NCBI GenBank assembly: GCA_025558095.1
Contig: JAIVFI010000001.1
Coordinates: 992,001 to 1,056,000, forward strand
Source: Hyaloraphidium curvatum SAG 235-1
Lineage: Eukaryota > Fungi > Monoblepharomycota
Direction: 5' to 3'
Length of the DNA stretch: 64,000 nt
In this document: positions 22,375 through 34,458 of the stretch, piece by piece
Layout of the letters: each line of letters begins with the position of its first letter
Numbering within the stretch: position 1 is the stretch's first letter
Translations under genes and position numbers: made by a program
Notes under the pieces: generated by a model
Told to the model about the DNA's origin: nothing
Database searches by the model: none
Seen by the model: only the letters and a program-made list of their open reading frames with translations

Positions 22375-24027
22375 ATGGCGCAGAACGGTTTCGATGAGCA
22401 GGAGCTCGAGGAGGCGATTCGTCTCTCTTTGGCGGACGGTCCGCGGCCGGGCGGGAAGAGGAAGCGAAGCGTTGTTGTGATCTCGGACTCGGAAGAGGAA
22501 GAGGCCCCTCCACCCAAGAGGGAGACACTGTCGCAGAAGGCTGGCAGCTTCCTTGCGGATCGCGCGGCGATGGAGCGGGATCGGCTCGCCCGGTTGCAGA
22601 GCTCCACCGCTGCTCCGTCTGCAAACCCGGAACCCTCGAGAACAAGTGCCCGTTCGAGCTCCGAAACCTCGAAGCCGGCTCCTTCGGCCAAGGGCCGGTT
22701 TCGCGGTCCGGGAATCTACTATACCTACTGCAGACCTTTTCCGGTCACCGACTTGACTGTCACGTTGGACGAGCTCCTGGATGTTGCGAACCTGAAGAGA
22801 GCTTTCATTTCGTCGTTCGACTGGGAGGTGGAGTTCCTCTTTGAGATTCTCGGCGACAAGGCGGCCCGAACCATGCCTCTGTGGTTGGGCATGCCGCAAC
22901 CTCCGGCCGGAAAGCACGGCGCCGGGCTGTTTCCTTTACCCGGTCTCGCAAATGCACAAGTGATCGTCCCCCGGATGGAGGGCTGGGGTGCCATGCACAC
23001 CAAGCTGATGGTTCTGGACTTTGGAAGCTACGCTCGCGTGGTGGTTCCGTCTTCGAACTTTTGCCGGCGGGATTGGCAGGACGTTGAGAACGTCTGCTTT
23101 GTCCAACAGTTCCCGCTCTTAGGCGCGGCGGGAGCAGACCAAGGACTTCCAGCCGTCCCGGTCGAAGGCCCTGGGAATTCCACCGCACGAGCTGCTTGGC
23201 ATCCCACGTTTGGGGAGGCTTTGCTTGACTTTCTGGAGGGAATGGGGGCGCCGCCCAATATGCTCGATTGGGTCAGACGGTTCGACTACGCGACAGAGGC
23301 CGAGTTCATCGGCTCCCGACCGGTCACTTCGACGTCACCAGTGGAAGCTCAACGGCACAAGTATGGCCTGAATCGCCTCTGCGCAGTTGCAAAGAAGCTG
23401 GGCCTCGGCAGCGACGACGCCGTACAGATAGAGTATGCGACGTCCTCCCTGGGCAGTTTGAAGGTCGATTGGCTGCAGGACTTTGGCCGCGGTGCCATTG
23501 GCCTCCCTGCCCGGGCAGGACCTTTCTCTCACGGTACCGATCCTGATATTGACTTTGCCTTCCTCTTTCCCTCGCTTGAAACCGTCCGCTCGAGTCTCCA
23601 CGGTGTTCATGGGCCCGGTACGGTCACTTTGAGCTGGGATCGGAAATACTGGGACGCGGAACCACGGCTGCGCAATTTCATCCGGACCTACGAATCGACA
23701 CGACGCGGACTCATTTCGCACGGCAAGATCATGCGCGTCGAGATCCTCAAGGAGAGCCTTGAAATCGGAGATCTTGTTGGGTTTCTCTACGCGGGGAGCC
23801 ACAATTTTACGCTCTCCGCATGGGGCAGGAGGACCAAGGACGGATTACGACAATGCATGAACTGGGAAACCGGCGTGGTTGTTCCCGTCCGCGCCGCAGC
23901 TCGCCAAACCCTCGGAGGTGAGGTCGCTTTTCGGCCCGATCTGCCGACTCCGTACCAGAGGCCTGCGCCGAAGTACAAAACCAGCGACGTGCCCTTTTTC
24001 CGCATGGAGGAACTGCAGATCGGTTGA
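22375..24027 (+). CDS. TDP1: Tyrosyl-DNA phosphodiesterase 1 family, with an N-terminal UIM-like motif
   Basis: Two HxK motifs (MHTKLMV...SSNF and SHGKIM...GSHNFTLSAWG...NWETGV), SSLGSL, and ELEEAIRLSL. Intronless. Confidence 0.9.
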   Translation: MAQNGFDEQELEEAIRLSLADGPRPGGKRKRSVVVISDSEEEEAPPPKRETLSQKAGSFLADRAAMERDRLARLQSSTAAPSANPEPSRTSARSSSETSKPAPSAKGRFRGPGIYYTYCRPFPVTDLTVTLDELLDVANLKRAFISSFDWEVEFLFEILGDKAARTMPLWLGMPQPPAGKHGAGLFPLPGLANAQVIVPRMEGWGAMHTKLMVLDFGSYARVVVPSSNFCRRDWQDVENVCFVQQFPLLGAAGADQGLPAVPVEGPGNSTARAAWHPTFGEALLDFLEGMGAPPNMLDWVRRFDYATEAEFIGSRPVTSTSPVEAQRHKYGLNRLCAVAKKLGLGSDDAVQIEYATSSLGSLKVDWLQDFGRGAIGLPARAGPFSHGTDPDIDFAFLFPSLETVRSSLHGVHGPGTVTLSWDRKYWDAEPRLRNFIRTYESTRRGLISHGKIMRVEILKESLEIGDLVGFLYAGSHNFTLSAWGRRTKDGLRQCMNWETGVVVPVRAAARQTLGGEVAFRPDLPTPYQRPAPKYKTSDVPFFRMEELQIG

Positions 24028-24180
24028 GCATGTAGGATCTCCCACCGTCAGGCAGCAAAATGGGAATGGCGGGACGGCCACATGTAGTGGCTTTGATGGC
24101 GAATTGATCATCAGTTGCGATCAAGCTTGCGTCGCGGCCCCGCCGGTCCCTCACTCCTCCAGCGGAAGGCCGCAGTCTAG

Positions 24181-24881
24181 ATGTTCGCATCATGCTGTGG
24201 GAGCTGCTTTGGTCGTCGACCCGGTGGTCTCTCCTACTTCCCGGCTGGTCTTGATGAGGACGACGCGGCCGCGTTCTCGACTGTCGGTGGTGGTGGGCGC
24301 GCGCGCGACCCCTTCGTCGCGTCGTTCGGCGGCGCTGGCTTCAGCGCATGGATGTCACGGCTCACTTCCGGGGTTGCCGGGTTGTTCGCGAGGCCAAGCC
24401 CGAGTTCGGCAGGCTATGGCGGCCTGGGCGGGAGCGGACCCGCCAGCGGCGAGGACCTGCTGTTCGATGATGAGGATGTGGAGGAGCCCGAGATTCTGAC
24501 TCGGCAGAACATCAACGCGCGCTTGACCGAGGTCGTGCGGGGCAAGGGCCAATCGGCCGACGCTGGCTTCCTCGATGCTGCCGAACGCGCTCGTGCGTCC
24601 AACACGCACGACCGATCGCACGTCAGCCCCTTCGCGCGGTTGTCCGGACCAGCGCCGGCCGGATTCCGCGAAGGTGGCCGTGCAGATGACGACTTTGGGT
24701 AGGCATTCCTGGAGTCACGCCACGTTCTTTCCCTGACCATCCATACACCCATGCCAGAGAGTTCCAAACCGGAGAATCGGACCTGCGACCCGTTCCGTCG
24801 GTGTCTGCGCTGTCCAACTGGAGCGAATCACAGGGCGAGAGCCCTACTGAGTCGAGTTCCGCGGCGTGGAGACGCACTTGA
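24181..24881 (+). CDS. Hypothetical protein; 1 intron
   Basis: ATG ORF with a GTAGGC...CTGAC...CAG intron at ~24699-24757. No domain recognised. Confidence 0.5.
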
Positions 24882-25110
24882 CAGAGCACGCTTGGGACAC
24901 GGCGGCCTGGCGACGAGGTTGAAGTCAGTTCATTTCCCTTAGTGTAAAGCGGCTGGGAAAGAGAAGCGTTCAGAATGTTTGGCTCATCCAAGTATCTGCA
25001 CGAGGACTCTGGATCCCCTCGTCGGCTTTCGCAGACGAGCCCATCCAGAACCTTCTTGAGTGCAAGGATGATCTTCATCGTCACGCCCCGTAGTCCACTG
25101 ATGCTCACGC

Positions 25111-27112
25111 TCAGATCACGGTTTCGGCCGGCACAAACTGCTTCGCAATGTCCCAGTACTGGACCGCGCCAAACTTCTCGAGCATCTCCTTCGCAGCAAA
25201 CTCCGTTGGGCAAGGGGCCAGCTTGAACCGCCGGAAAGATTGTTCCTTGATCTCGCCCTCCCAGACGAGGTGGCACTCGTTCTTGCGCTTCGGGCCAGAA
25301 GCCGGGTCGTCCGGAACGGCCGCCGAGGATTCGGGTTTGGCCGCCCCATCGTCGTCCGAATCGTCCTCGTCGCTGTCCTCATCCTCGTCGTCCCCGGCCT
25401 CTCGCGCCGCCCGCTCGTCGTTCCAGTCAATCCGTCGAAGCATGAGCTTCTTGTAGAACTTGAGCGACTTCGGGGTCCCTTCCACAATGACGACGCTCAT
25501 TGTTGGGTTCACAATACCGATGCCCGTCATCTGGAGCTGCATCGCGTTCCTCTCAACCTTGAATTTCTTCTGCGGATGAGAAAGGTCCGTAATACTGGGG
25601 GCACCATCAGTGATCGTTGGCTGCGGCGGAACAAGCCGGGCCTCCCCACCGGAAAACGCCCACGACGACCGTCTCGCTGCTGCCGACGAGCTTCTTCATC
25701 AGCTTTTCCTGCCGCTCCTCCTTGGTGAGCTTCTTCTCCTCGTTGTGCTTCTGGTGCGCCCTTTGCCGAGCCATCATCTGCCTCCGCACCTCCGCCTCGA
25801 CTTTGGTGGGATCCTGCACCGCTTCCGTGCCCAAAACCCTCATCAGGTTCGCGATCCGGACCTTGGGAGGATCCGGAGGCAGCAGGCCCATCCTGATTTT
25901 GTCCTGCTTCTCCTTTTGGCGCTCCATCCGGAGCTGCCGCCGAAGCTTCTTCCGCTCCTTTTTGGTCATCATGAGCGGCTTCGGCGCCGGCGCAGCGTCC
26001 GAAACCGGCGGCGGAACGGGAACGGGATGCTGCACGTAGGACGTGATAATCGCGTCCGCGGCATCGGGGTCCATCCTGAAGTTCTCGAAAGAGAGGTCCT
26101 CGTATGTGGGGTTCCGCAGCAGCGGGGCGTCCCACCACTCGACGTCCGGTGGCGCCTCCCGGCGGATTGCCTGGTCGCTGACGAGCTCCATCTCGCTCTC
26201 CATGCCCGTTTGCTTGACCTTCTCGGCAATCTCCTTCCTCAGCTTCTCCAGCTGGGCCTGCGCCCGAACCTGGTTCGCCACCTGGATGTACTTCCCGGGC
26301 GCGTTGAACTTGAGCTTCCGCGACCGCCGGTCCCGAGGTCCGAATGCACCCGTGCTGGCGATCCTGGGGTCATAGAACGAGCTCTTTGTAGGATCCTGCT
26401 CCTCCTCCGCGGGCTTCACCGGCTGCTCCTTCTTCTTGCGGCGCTGCTCGGCTATCTCGGCGAGACGCAGATTTGCCTGCACCGTGTCCCCGTGAGTGCC
26501 GAGCAGAAAACGCGAGCGTGCCTTCCCACCTTCGTGGTGGCAAAAACGGGCTTCGGGACGATCGCCTTTGCTGCCTTTGCTCCCTTGGCCGCCTCTTCCC
26601 CTTTCTGTGCCAGCAACTCCAGCACAGGATGGGTCTCCACCGCCAGACCACGCTTTGTCCGGTCCTGCTCTGCCCCCGGGGGCGGGAGAGTCGGCACATT
26701 GGCCGCGCTCATCTGCGACTTAATCCGCTCCTTCGCCTCCGCAATGCGACGTGCCAAGTCCGTCTGATTCACAGCAACCGGTGGTCGAGGCGTGGGGCCC
26801 GCTCCGGCGACAGGAGGAGGAGGACGCGCCGCCGACGCCAAAGGGGCTGCCGCGCCGGGCGACGGGGCGGCCCCAGGCTTCATCGCCGCCAGCTTTGCCG
26901 CGATTTCGGCCTTTTTCTGCGCGATCATGGCGTCAATCTGCGCGGAGAGGGTCCCCTGTCAGCGGACTCGTCGGTCGGGACCGAGACGCGTTGCCGACCT
27001 GGGACCGGTTTCCGGCGGCCGGGCTAGCCGCAGGGCTCCCGTCGGCGGACCGCAGGCGCTTGGCATCGCGCTCATCGTCGATGCCGCTGGATCCGCGGCG
27101 CTTCTCCGCCAT
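25111..27112 (-). CDS. PRP3: U4/U6 snRNP protein Prp3
   Basis: PPDVEWWD, ITSYVQHP, KIRMGLLPPDPPKVRIANLMRVLGTEAVQDPTKVEAEV, KLMLRRIDW and CHLVWEG. Confidence 0.96.
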
Positions 27113-27467
27113 GGCGACGGAATGCGCTCTGCGCAGCGAACAAGCAGCGAGCCGAACCACTCATCAGCCCTCACTCCTTGATGCCTTTCTCGCAGCCACG
27201 CAAAAGGCAGGAGGTATCTTGTAGCAGGGCTTCGTCAATGGGCCGATGGATACGTCTGACGGATGATGGATGGAGCTATGGCGAGACAAGAACGAATGAA
27301 CGACAAGAAGTACCACGGTACAAAAAGACAGCTAATGGCTATGGGCATGGCTATCCGGAAAGGAAGGGGGGAGGGGGGAAGGAGGGGGGATGATACACCG
27401 ATACACTGCACTAGAAGCAACCCGGTTGCCTAAGCCGAGGAGCACGACATGAAGCACCGGTTTAAAT

Positions 27468-28515
27468 CTAGGCCCCGATGAGCTTCGGTGCGGGCACGTT
27501 TAGCTTGTACCTCCGGCCCGCGATGAAGTCGACCACGGAATATGGCATGAAGCTCAAGATGTAGACGAGCCATTGGTTCGTTGCGCCCCACACATCCCGT
27601 GGCATCCGTTTGGAGGGCGGCCAGACTGCGTCGAGGAAAGCTGCTTGTGAGTCCCTGGGGACGTTAGAGCAAGCCAATGACCTACCTTGCTTGGCAACAT
27701 GCTCCGCAAACGCTTCCACAGTCCACGCCGTCTCGGCAGAGACCGCCGACTGACCGTCAAAGATGGGCAACCAGGTTTTCCAAAACGTGTCGGGCTTGAA
27801 CGCGGAAAACAAGCCCCCGGAGTCGCGGTTCTGCCGAAACTTGGAGGCGACGGCGCCAAACTTGACGAGAGTGACCTCAACGTTAAACGGCCTTAGCTCC
27901 TGCCTAAGCCCGTCCGTGATGAATTTGACAGCGACTTTGGAGGCCGAGTACGCAAGCGTGAAGGGCAGCGGGAGCTCGCCAGCGAAGGACCCCATGTTGA
28001 TAATGCGTCCGGAACGCTGGCGGATCATGTGGGGTGCTACGGCTCGAGTTACCGCGAGAAGACCCCAGACGTTCATCTCGAACTGCGTCACGGCCGGTGG
28101 GGAAAAGGCGATCGCTTGGGATCAGTTGCTGCTCTTCGGGAATGCTCACAAGACACGAACCATATCCTTCATTTCTTGCATGTCGACTTCCAAGATCGGT
28201 CCCGGCATGCTCGCTCCTCCGGCCTATGCCCGGAAAACTGGTGAGCCCGCCTGTCTCACCCGATACGACACCCACATTGTTGACGAGGTAGTCAATCTTT
28301 CCCTCCCGTTTGATGATCTCGTCGATGCAAGCATCGATGCTTTTCTGGTCGGTCACGTCCAGCCGCAGCTTCTCAAAACCGTCGGGCAGAGAGGCCATGG
28401 ACTCCACTCGGCGCGCGGTCGCGTAGACCTTGGCGCCGCGCTTGTGGAACGAGGTGCACAGCGCGGAACCGATTCCGCCATCGCTGCAGCCCGTAATCAG
28501 GACGATAGTGGCCAT
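27468..28515 (-). CDS. Short-chain dehydrogenase/reductase, Ayr1-like
   Basis: LITGCSDGGIG, IDYLVNN, FEMNVWG and YSASK. Confidence 0.9.
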
Positions 28516-29469
28516 TTGGGCGGGACAGCTGTAGCTGTACAGCGGAGTGAAGGAGATGAACGCGGGAAAACAGGTCGCTCCGCGCTTCCCCCGGGACTGC
28601 GGACCCTGTTACACAGCCGGACGGGATCCAACCCCGGCAAATGCTTCTTTTGAACCTATAATTGAGCGAACACGGCTGCTAAGCTTGATACCGGAGCGGC
28701 TTTGGCTCATGAAGCCAATGTTTGCCTCCCACTGTTTGGTCGTCATGTCCGGGGAAGGCCCACCCGCCCTCATCAACACAACATACCAACGCGCACTTCC
28801 CCCGCAGGTGAGCACGGCCAGCATCGCTTCCTGCGCCCGCGCGCAGCGGCAGTGAATTGCTCCGCGACGCCGCTAGGCGCGCGCGCGCGTTCCGGTCGCC
28901 GGCGCGGCGCGGTTCGGGCGCCGGGCGAAGTGACACCTGTCAGACCCCGGACGCGGCGGCACCCCCTTCGCCGCAGCATCTAACCTCCTCCCGCCCTCAT
29001 CTCATCTAGGACATTCCTGTCGACCTCCTGCCCCGGGCAAATTGCATCCCCGCGAGTACCGGCGTCGAGCAAACACCGCGTGCCCCGGACAAACAAGTCA
29101 ACGTCCCGTCGGATCTCGCGCGCACTCGACTGTACGGTGAGTTGAGCGTGGCGAGCGCGCTTGCGGGGCTGCAAATGCACGGTTGCCCGGTGAATTTGAG
29201 GCGGGAAGCCTTCCTCGTCGTCGGGGGCCGAGCTGGCCACCGCGGGGGGCAACTCCGCTCGGATCAGAGCGGACCGCGATACCCGACGGCGACTTCTTCC
29301 GTCTCGAGTAACACCGAACTGACTTTTCCTTCTCTTTCCCCCCTGTTTCCACCACGCATCTTGTTCAGACATGGCACTCGAAGCCGCGCTCCAATCGCGA
29401 GTTCGGCCGCTCTCCGATAGCGCAGCAGCGGCCCTGGGCTCGTTCACAGCAAGCAGTGTCACTCCGCGC

Positions 29470-30344
29470 ATGCCGTTCCGCCCCCCGCACCGGCGCGTGG
29501 AGCATGGCGACGAGGAGAAGGACGAGCACGAGGCAGGTTCGGACGACGACCTTCCCAGCCTCTACGAGTCCTCGGACCGGGAATCTACCGCGGACGTCGA
29601 CGACTACGAGGACGAAGCGAGGCGGTACATCCGATACCAGCTCTCCGCCGCACCGGAGGCGCAGTTCCACCGGGCTCCTGCCATCTCGGCCTCGACGTTC
29701 TACGCCAACTCCAGGAGGCGCGCGGTGGATCCGGCCGTCCACCCGCAGTTCCGGAGCAAGACCGTGTGCGAGCTTTTCTGCGGGCACTGCGATGCGATGC
29801 TCTGCCGCCGCGGCATGAGCGCGATCCTCCTCGGAGACACCACCGTCAACCTCTACTCGACCGATGCCAGGCCGCAAGCCGTCGAGCTCGTCGGAGCACC
29901 CTGTGAGTCTTCGGTACCGCCTGGTGTTGGTTATTGGAGTCTGACGTGTTGCTGCCTTTCCAGACACGACCTCGTCCTGCAACTGCCTGATCCACGATGC
30001 TGCTTGCCACCTCTGCGGAAACGTCATCGCCTACAACGTGACGAAGCCGTGCGAGAAGTGCCTTCGCGCAACCCACAATGGTCACCTCTGGATCTTTGCG
30101 ACGGAGGGCATCAGGGCGAGGGAGCGGCTCGATTCCACCGGTATGTGTTTGACGCTTCCCGCTCCTGCCCGCGGTTCCTTATCTCCCTGACTCTACAGGC
30201 ATGCGTCTTCTGAGGTGGTCCCACCTTCCCCCGGTCGACCAGGACGGAGCGCAATCGGGCGACGGGTCCGGAACCCAGGCGCAGAACGGCAGCGTCCGTG
30301 CCAAGGGGAGGCGCAAGGCCGCCGATCTCTTCGTGAACCGATGA
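29470..30344 (+). CDS. FAM72: FAM72-like zinc-binding protein; 2 introns (alternative start 29371)
   Basis: CGHCDAMLCRRGMSAILLGDTTVNLYSTD...CNCLIHDAACHLCGNVIAYNVTKPCEKCL...NGHLWIF...LRWSHLP. Confidence 0.85.
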
Positions 30345-30593
30345 GCTGCCGCGGGTGATCCTGGAGGATGTCTTTGCTGCATGGGACAGTCGTGTTGAGC
30401 GTGGACCTTGAGCTAGATTTGATGGGCTTGGGAGGCGGAGACTCTTGTCTTCTCAGCTATACCCCCTTGATGAGTGATACCCTGTATGTAGATTTCTCTT
30501 TCAATGTCCATCTTGTTCCTCGTTTGGGTCAGTTCACTGGCAAGGTTGGAGGAATGGCCGTTTGATGTGACTCAACCAAGGACGTCGCCCACA

Positions 30594-31884
30594 ATGCCGA
30601 CTCCCGCCGTTTCGGGGTCTGCGACCGCGCCGGACCATTCGCAGACCCAAGAAGCAGATGATGTGGAGGAAGTCCCAGCCCGTAGTTCCGAGGACGGCAA
30701 CGGGAACGGGGAACAGGAGGACCTTCTCGCGGACGAGCCGGACGACGCGGAGGTCTGGCGGAGGTTCCTGGGCACCTCAACTCGATTTGACGTGCCTTTG
30801 CGAAGGAAATTGACCTGACGCACGCGAGGATACGGTCATTCGATGCTCTCGAGCTCGGACGCTTCACCCAGTTGAAGGTCGGAGGCAACCTCCACTCCGT
30901 GCCTTCGTGGGACCTTACTTTTCCCATTTCACGGCACGCACAACTCACCGACGACGCATTGCAGCGGCTCTGTCTTCGTCAGAACCGCATCGCAAAGATA
31001 GAGGGGTTGGGCCACCTCGTCCACTTGACGGAACTCGATCTTTACGACAACAAGATTTCGGAATGGGAAGGCCTCGACACGCTCGTCAAACTGGAGTGCG
31101 TGATCTACAACATCGCAGGAACGGGTCTGATGGCCGTCCAATTCTACCAGAACCCTCGACCTGTCTTTCAACACCCTGCGGAAGCTCCCGGAGGAACCGC
31201 TCCCCTTCCCCAACTTGGTCCACCTTTACCTCGTGCAGAACCTCATCTCGGCGATCCCGGAAAGGACCTTCGGCCGACTTTCGGAGCTGCAGACGTTGGA
31301 GCTCGGTGCGAACCGGTTGCGCAAGATTGAGAACATCTCCAACCTTTCCAAGCTGGAGACGCTCTGGGTCGGCAAGAACAAGATTGCCCGCATCGAGAAT
31401 CTGGAAGGGCTGAGCAGCCTGCGGATACTCAGCGCGCAGAGCAACCGTATACGGAAGATCGAGGGGTTGGAGTCGTGCCAGGGGCTGGAAGAGGTCTACC
31501 TTTCCCACAACGGAATTCAGGTTATTGAGAACCTGGAGAAGAATGTGGGCTTTCCCGCTTGCGTCGCCCGAGGACGTCCGTGACTGTGGTTGCCTCCCGT
31601 AGACGCGGATCAACACCCTCGATCTCTCGGCGAACCCGATACCGCACCTGCCTTCCCTTTCCTATCTGCCTAACCTCACCGAACTCTGGCTCTCGTCGTG
31701 CCTCCTTTCTTCCTGGCCCGAGATCGACACCCTATCGCAGCTGAAAAACCTGCGGACAGTCTACCTCGAGGGCAATCCGATCCAGAAGGGCGATGTCATG
31801 TACCGGAAAAAGGTCATGCTCATCGTGCCTTGGGTCACTCAGGTTGATGCAGGTCTCACCAGGAGGCCGGAGGAGCCGGTGTAG
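30594..31884 (+). CDS. SDS22: PP1 regulatory subunit Sds22/PPP1R7 (LRR)
   Basis: EIDLTHARI, RLCLRQNRIAKIEGL, LELGANRLRKIENI, and TVYLEGNPIQ...YRKKV. Confidence 0.92.
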
Positions 31885-32010
31885 GTAGATTGGCAATGAT
31901 AGGGCAGAAATTTGAATGAACCATCGCCGGTCGCCGGCGCAAGGTGGCGACGAAACAAACAATACTACAATAAACATCAGTGTTCGTTTCCGCCGTCTGC
32001 CGCGTCCACC

Positions 32011-34416
32011 ATGGGCAAGGCGGGCAAGGCAAAGCAGCGCCAGCGTGCAGGAAACCCCCTCGGACTGGACTCCGGGGTCGGCGGACCTTCGGCTGCTCCG
32101 GAGGCAGCCCCGCCCCCGCTCCTCGCGAACCTCACGTCCCTGGACAGCTCGTCGCGCGCCTGGGCCGCCGCTTCCATTTCTCATCTCGTCGGGGAGCCGG
32201 CGGTGCGCGCGACGCTCCTGCAAGGAAATGCCGTCGGCAAGCTCATCATGCTCCTGAGCGATGCCCCTGAGGTGGCCGTCGAAGCCGCCGGCGCGCTCCA
32301 CAACATCGTCCTGACGGACGTCGAGGACTTTGGAGGCGGCCAGAAGAGGGCAGAGCAGGAAAAGAAGGAGACCGCCGTCGAAGAAATGTTCCGTAAGGAC
32401 GCCATGACTCCCCTGCTTGCCTTGGTCCCGCGGGCCATTGCCTTTCTTCAGGCTTGCGGCCACCTCACCAAACCCGAGCATGCTGAAGGAGACGACGACG
32501 CGCAGATGGAAGGAAAAGCCGAGCTTGCTAATGGGGATTCGCCACTCGGACCGAAGCTCTCGAGGAAACAGAAGAAAGCGCTGAAAGGCGCGGCTGCGAA
32601 TGGGGCTCCAGCAACGGGCCAGTCGAATACCGCAAAGAAGGAGAAGGACGATGCAAAAGTGTTCCTTGATCTCCTGGAACAGATCCTGTCGCTCCTGTGG
32701 ATAATGAGGTGAGTTTATCTGGATTTTCGCGCCCTGTACCTTGGTTCAACCATCCATGATCCTTCCCACCAAGCGAGCGCCATTCACGGGCTCACGAACT
32801 CGCCTCCGCCTCTGAGCTCCCACAGCTGTTGGCATCGCTGCTTCCGCTCGCGCCCTCCCTGCCGGCCTCGCTCGTCGTGGTAGCTGGTCAGCTGCTCAAC
32901 GTGTTGGTGGAGGACAACGAGGACGTGCACCGCCGGTTTGCCGAGAACGGACAATGGGCGCGATCTCTCGTCGATCTTCTGCGGTCCACCCTTCGTGACA
33001 ACGATGCTGGCGCCAGATACCCGGGGTACAGCCTCGTTCAGCTGCGCACCCTGTCTTTGCTCCTCTCGGCCATACTGCATGGCCTTTCCGGCATACCGGG
33101 CGATTCAATTCCGATTGCGGAGGCTGCGGAGCTCGTTCTGTCTGCGGTAGCCGCGGCAATCCAGCACGATTTGGCGGCAGCTTTTCGCAAAGCTGGGGAA
33201 CAGGGTCGCTCGAAATCGGACGAGACCGGCGGCGACGGCGAGACGTTTCGTTCGGTCACCAAGTCGACGCATGGGGTAGCTGCCGAGTGGGATGCCGTGA
33301 AGCTTGCACTGGAGGTGCTCAGCAACGTCTGCTCCGATCCCAATGAAGCCGCTCCACCGGAAGGAGACGAGTCGGACGCAGAGCGCAAGGATGATGCTGG
33401 CTGGGAAGACGTGGAAATGGACCAGGACGAAGAAGGTCCCGCGCAAGGTGCTGCAGGCGACGGAGCGGATGACGAGGCGGATGACGACTTTCCCGACGAC
33501 GAGGACATGGATGAAGTGCTCGGCGATGCAGGGACTGCCGCCAAGGTGTCTTCCGAGGGTCTTGGGTCTCGACTCGAGGAGCTAGGCATCTTGCGTTCCG
33601 TGCAGCAACTTGCCTCGCCCCTCGATTTGTCATCCGTGGATGATTCGCAAGACGAAATTGTCGAAGCCGCCCTCGAAGTGCAGCAACGGGCTCTGGGAGC
33701 GCTCAACAACGCCCTTACCATCATGCCGAGATCGTGGTATGCGAAGCACTCTGCTAATCTCGGGCAGCTTTGGACGTGGACCTTTGAAGTCCTCGCCAGC
33801 GCTCACGCGGCTTCCCTACGGTTTCCGGCATTGTCCCAGACTGTGGCTGAGCTCGCCGGTGCAGTCGTCGGCGTTCAGTTGGCTCTGGCCCGTGGCTTCG
33901 CCCCCGGAAACGCCGCTCTTGTTGCCGAGTTTGACTTGCCTTTGCCGACGACTCCCGATCAAATTGCGCAGCTCACGTCGCTCAAGGATCTTCGTCTTAC
34001 GGGGACGCTTGTACCGCTGCTTTCGCTTCTGGCTCAGCGGCGCCCCGGCCACGTCGAAAGCAACAGGACCATCAGCCGCTTCCTGCTTGCCCTAGCGACC
34101 GAAACGGCAACGGACCTCGAGATCACCGCAGAAGCCCTTGACGCCATCTTCGACATCTTTGCCGACGGAGCGTGGGACTACGATGCCGTTTGGAAAGAGG
34201 AGGGTATGCTCGCGGCGCTGAGGAACAGCTACGCTTGGATCAAGGCGAAGGTGAGCCGCGCAGCAGGCATGTGGTCGCTACCGCTCACGACCGTCCAAGG
34301 TCAAGAGCGTGGACAAGAGAAAAGAGCGGGAAGTTCGAGAACGGGCGGATCTGGCTGTTCAAAATCTGCATGCGTTCCTCAAGTACAAGGAGGCGGAGGC
34401 CAAACGGAGCCGTTGA
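32011..34416 (+). CDS. SYO1: ARM/HEAT 5S-RNP import adaptor Syo1/HEATR3
   Basis: Basic N-terminus, AVEAAGALHNI, KDAMTPL, an acidic loop, EALDAIFDIFAD, and KSVDKRKEREVRERADLAVQNLHAFLKYK. Confidence 0.85.
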
Positions 34417-34458
34417 GCAAAAGATGTACATAGCACACAGTCTGATCACGCGCTGCCT

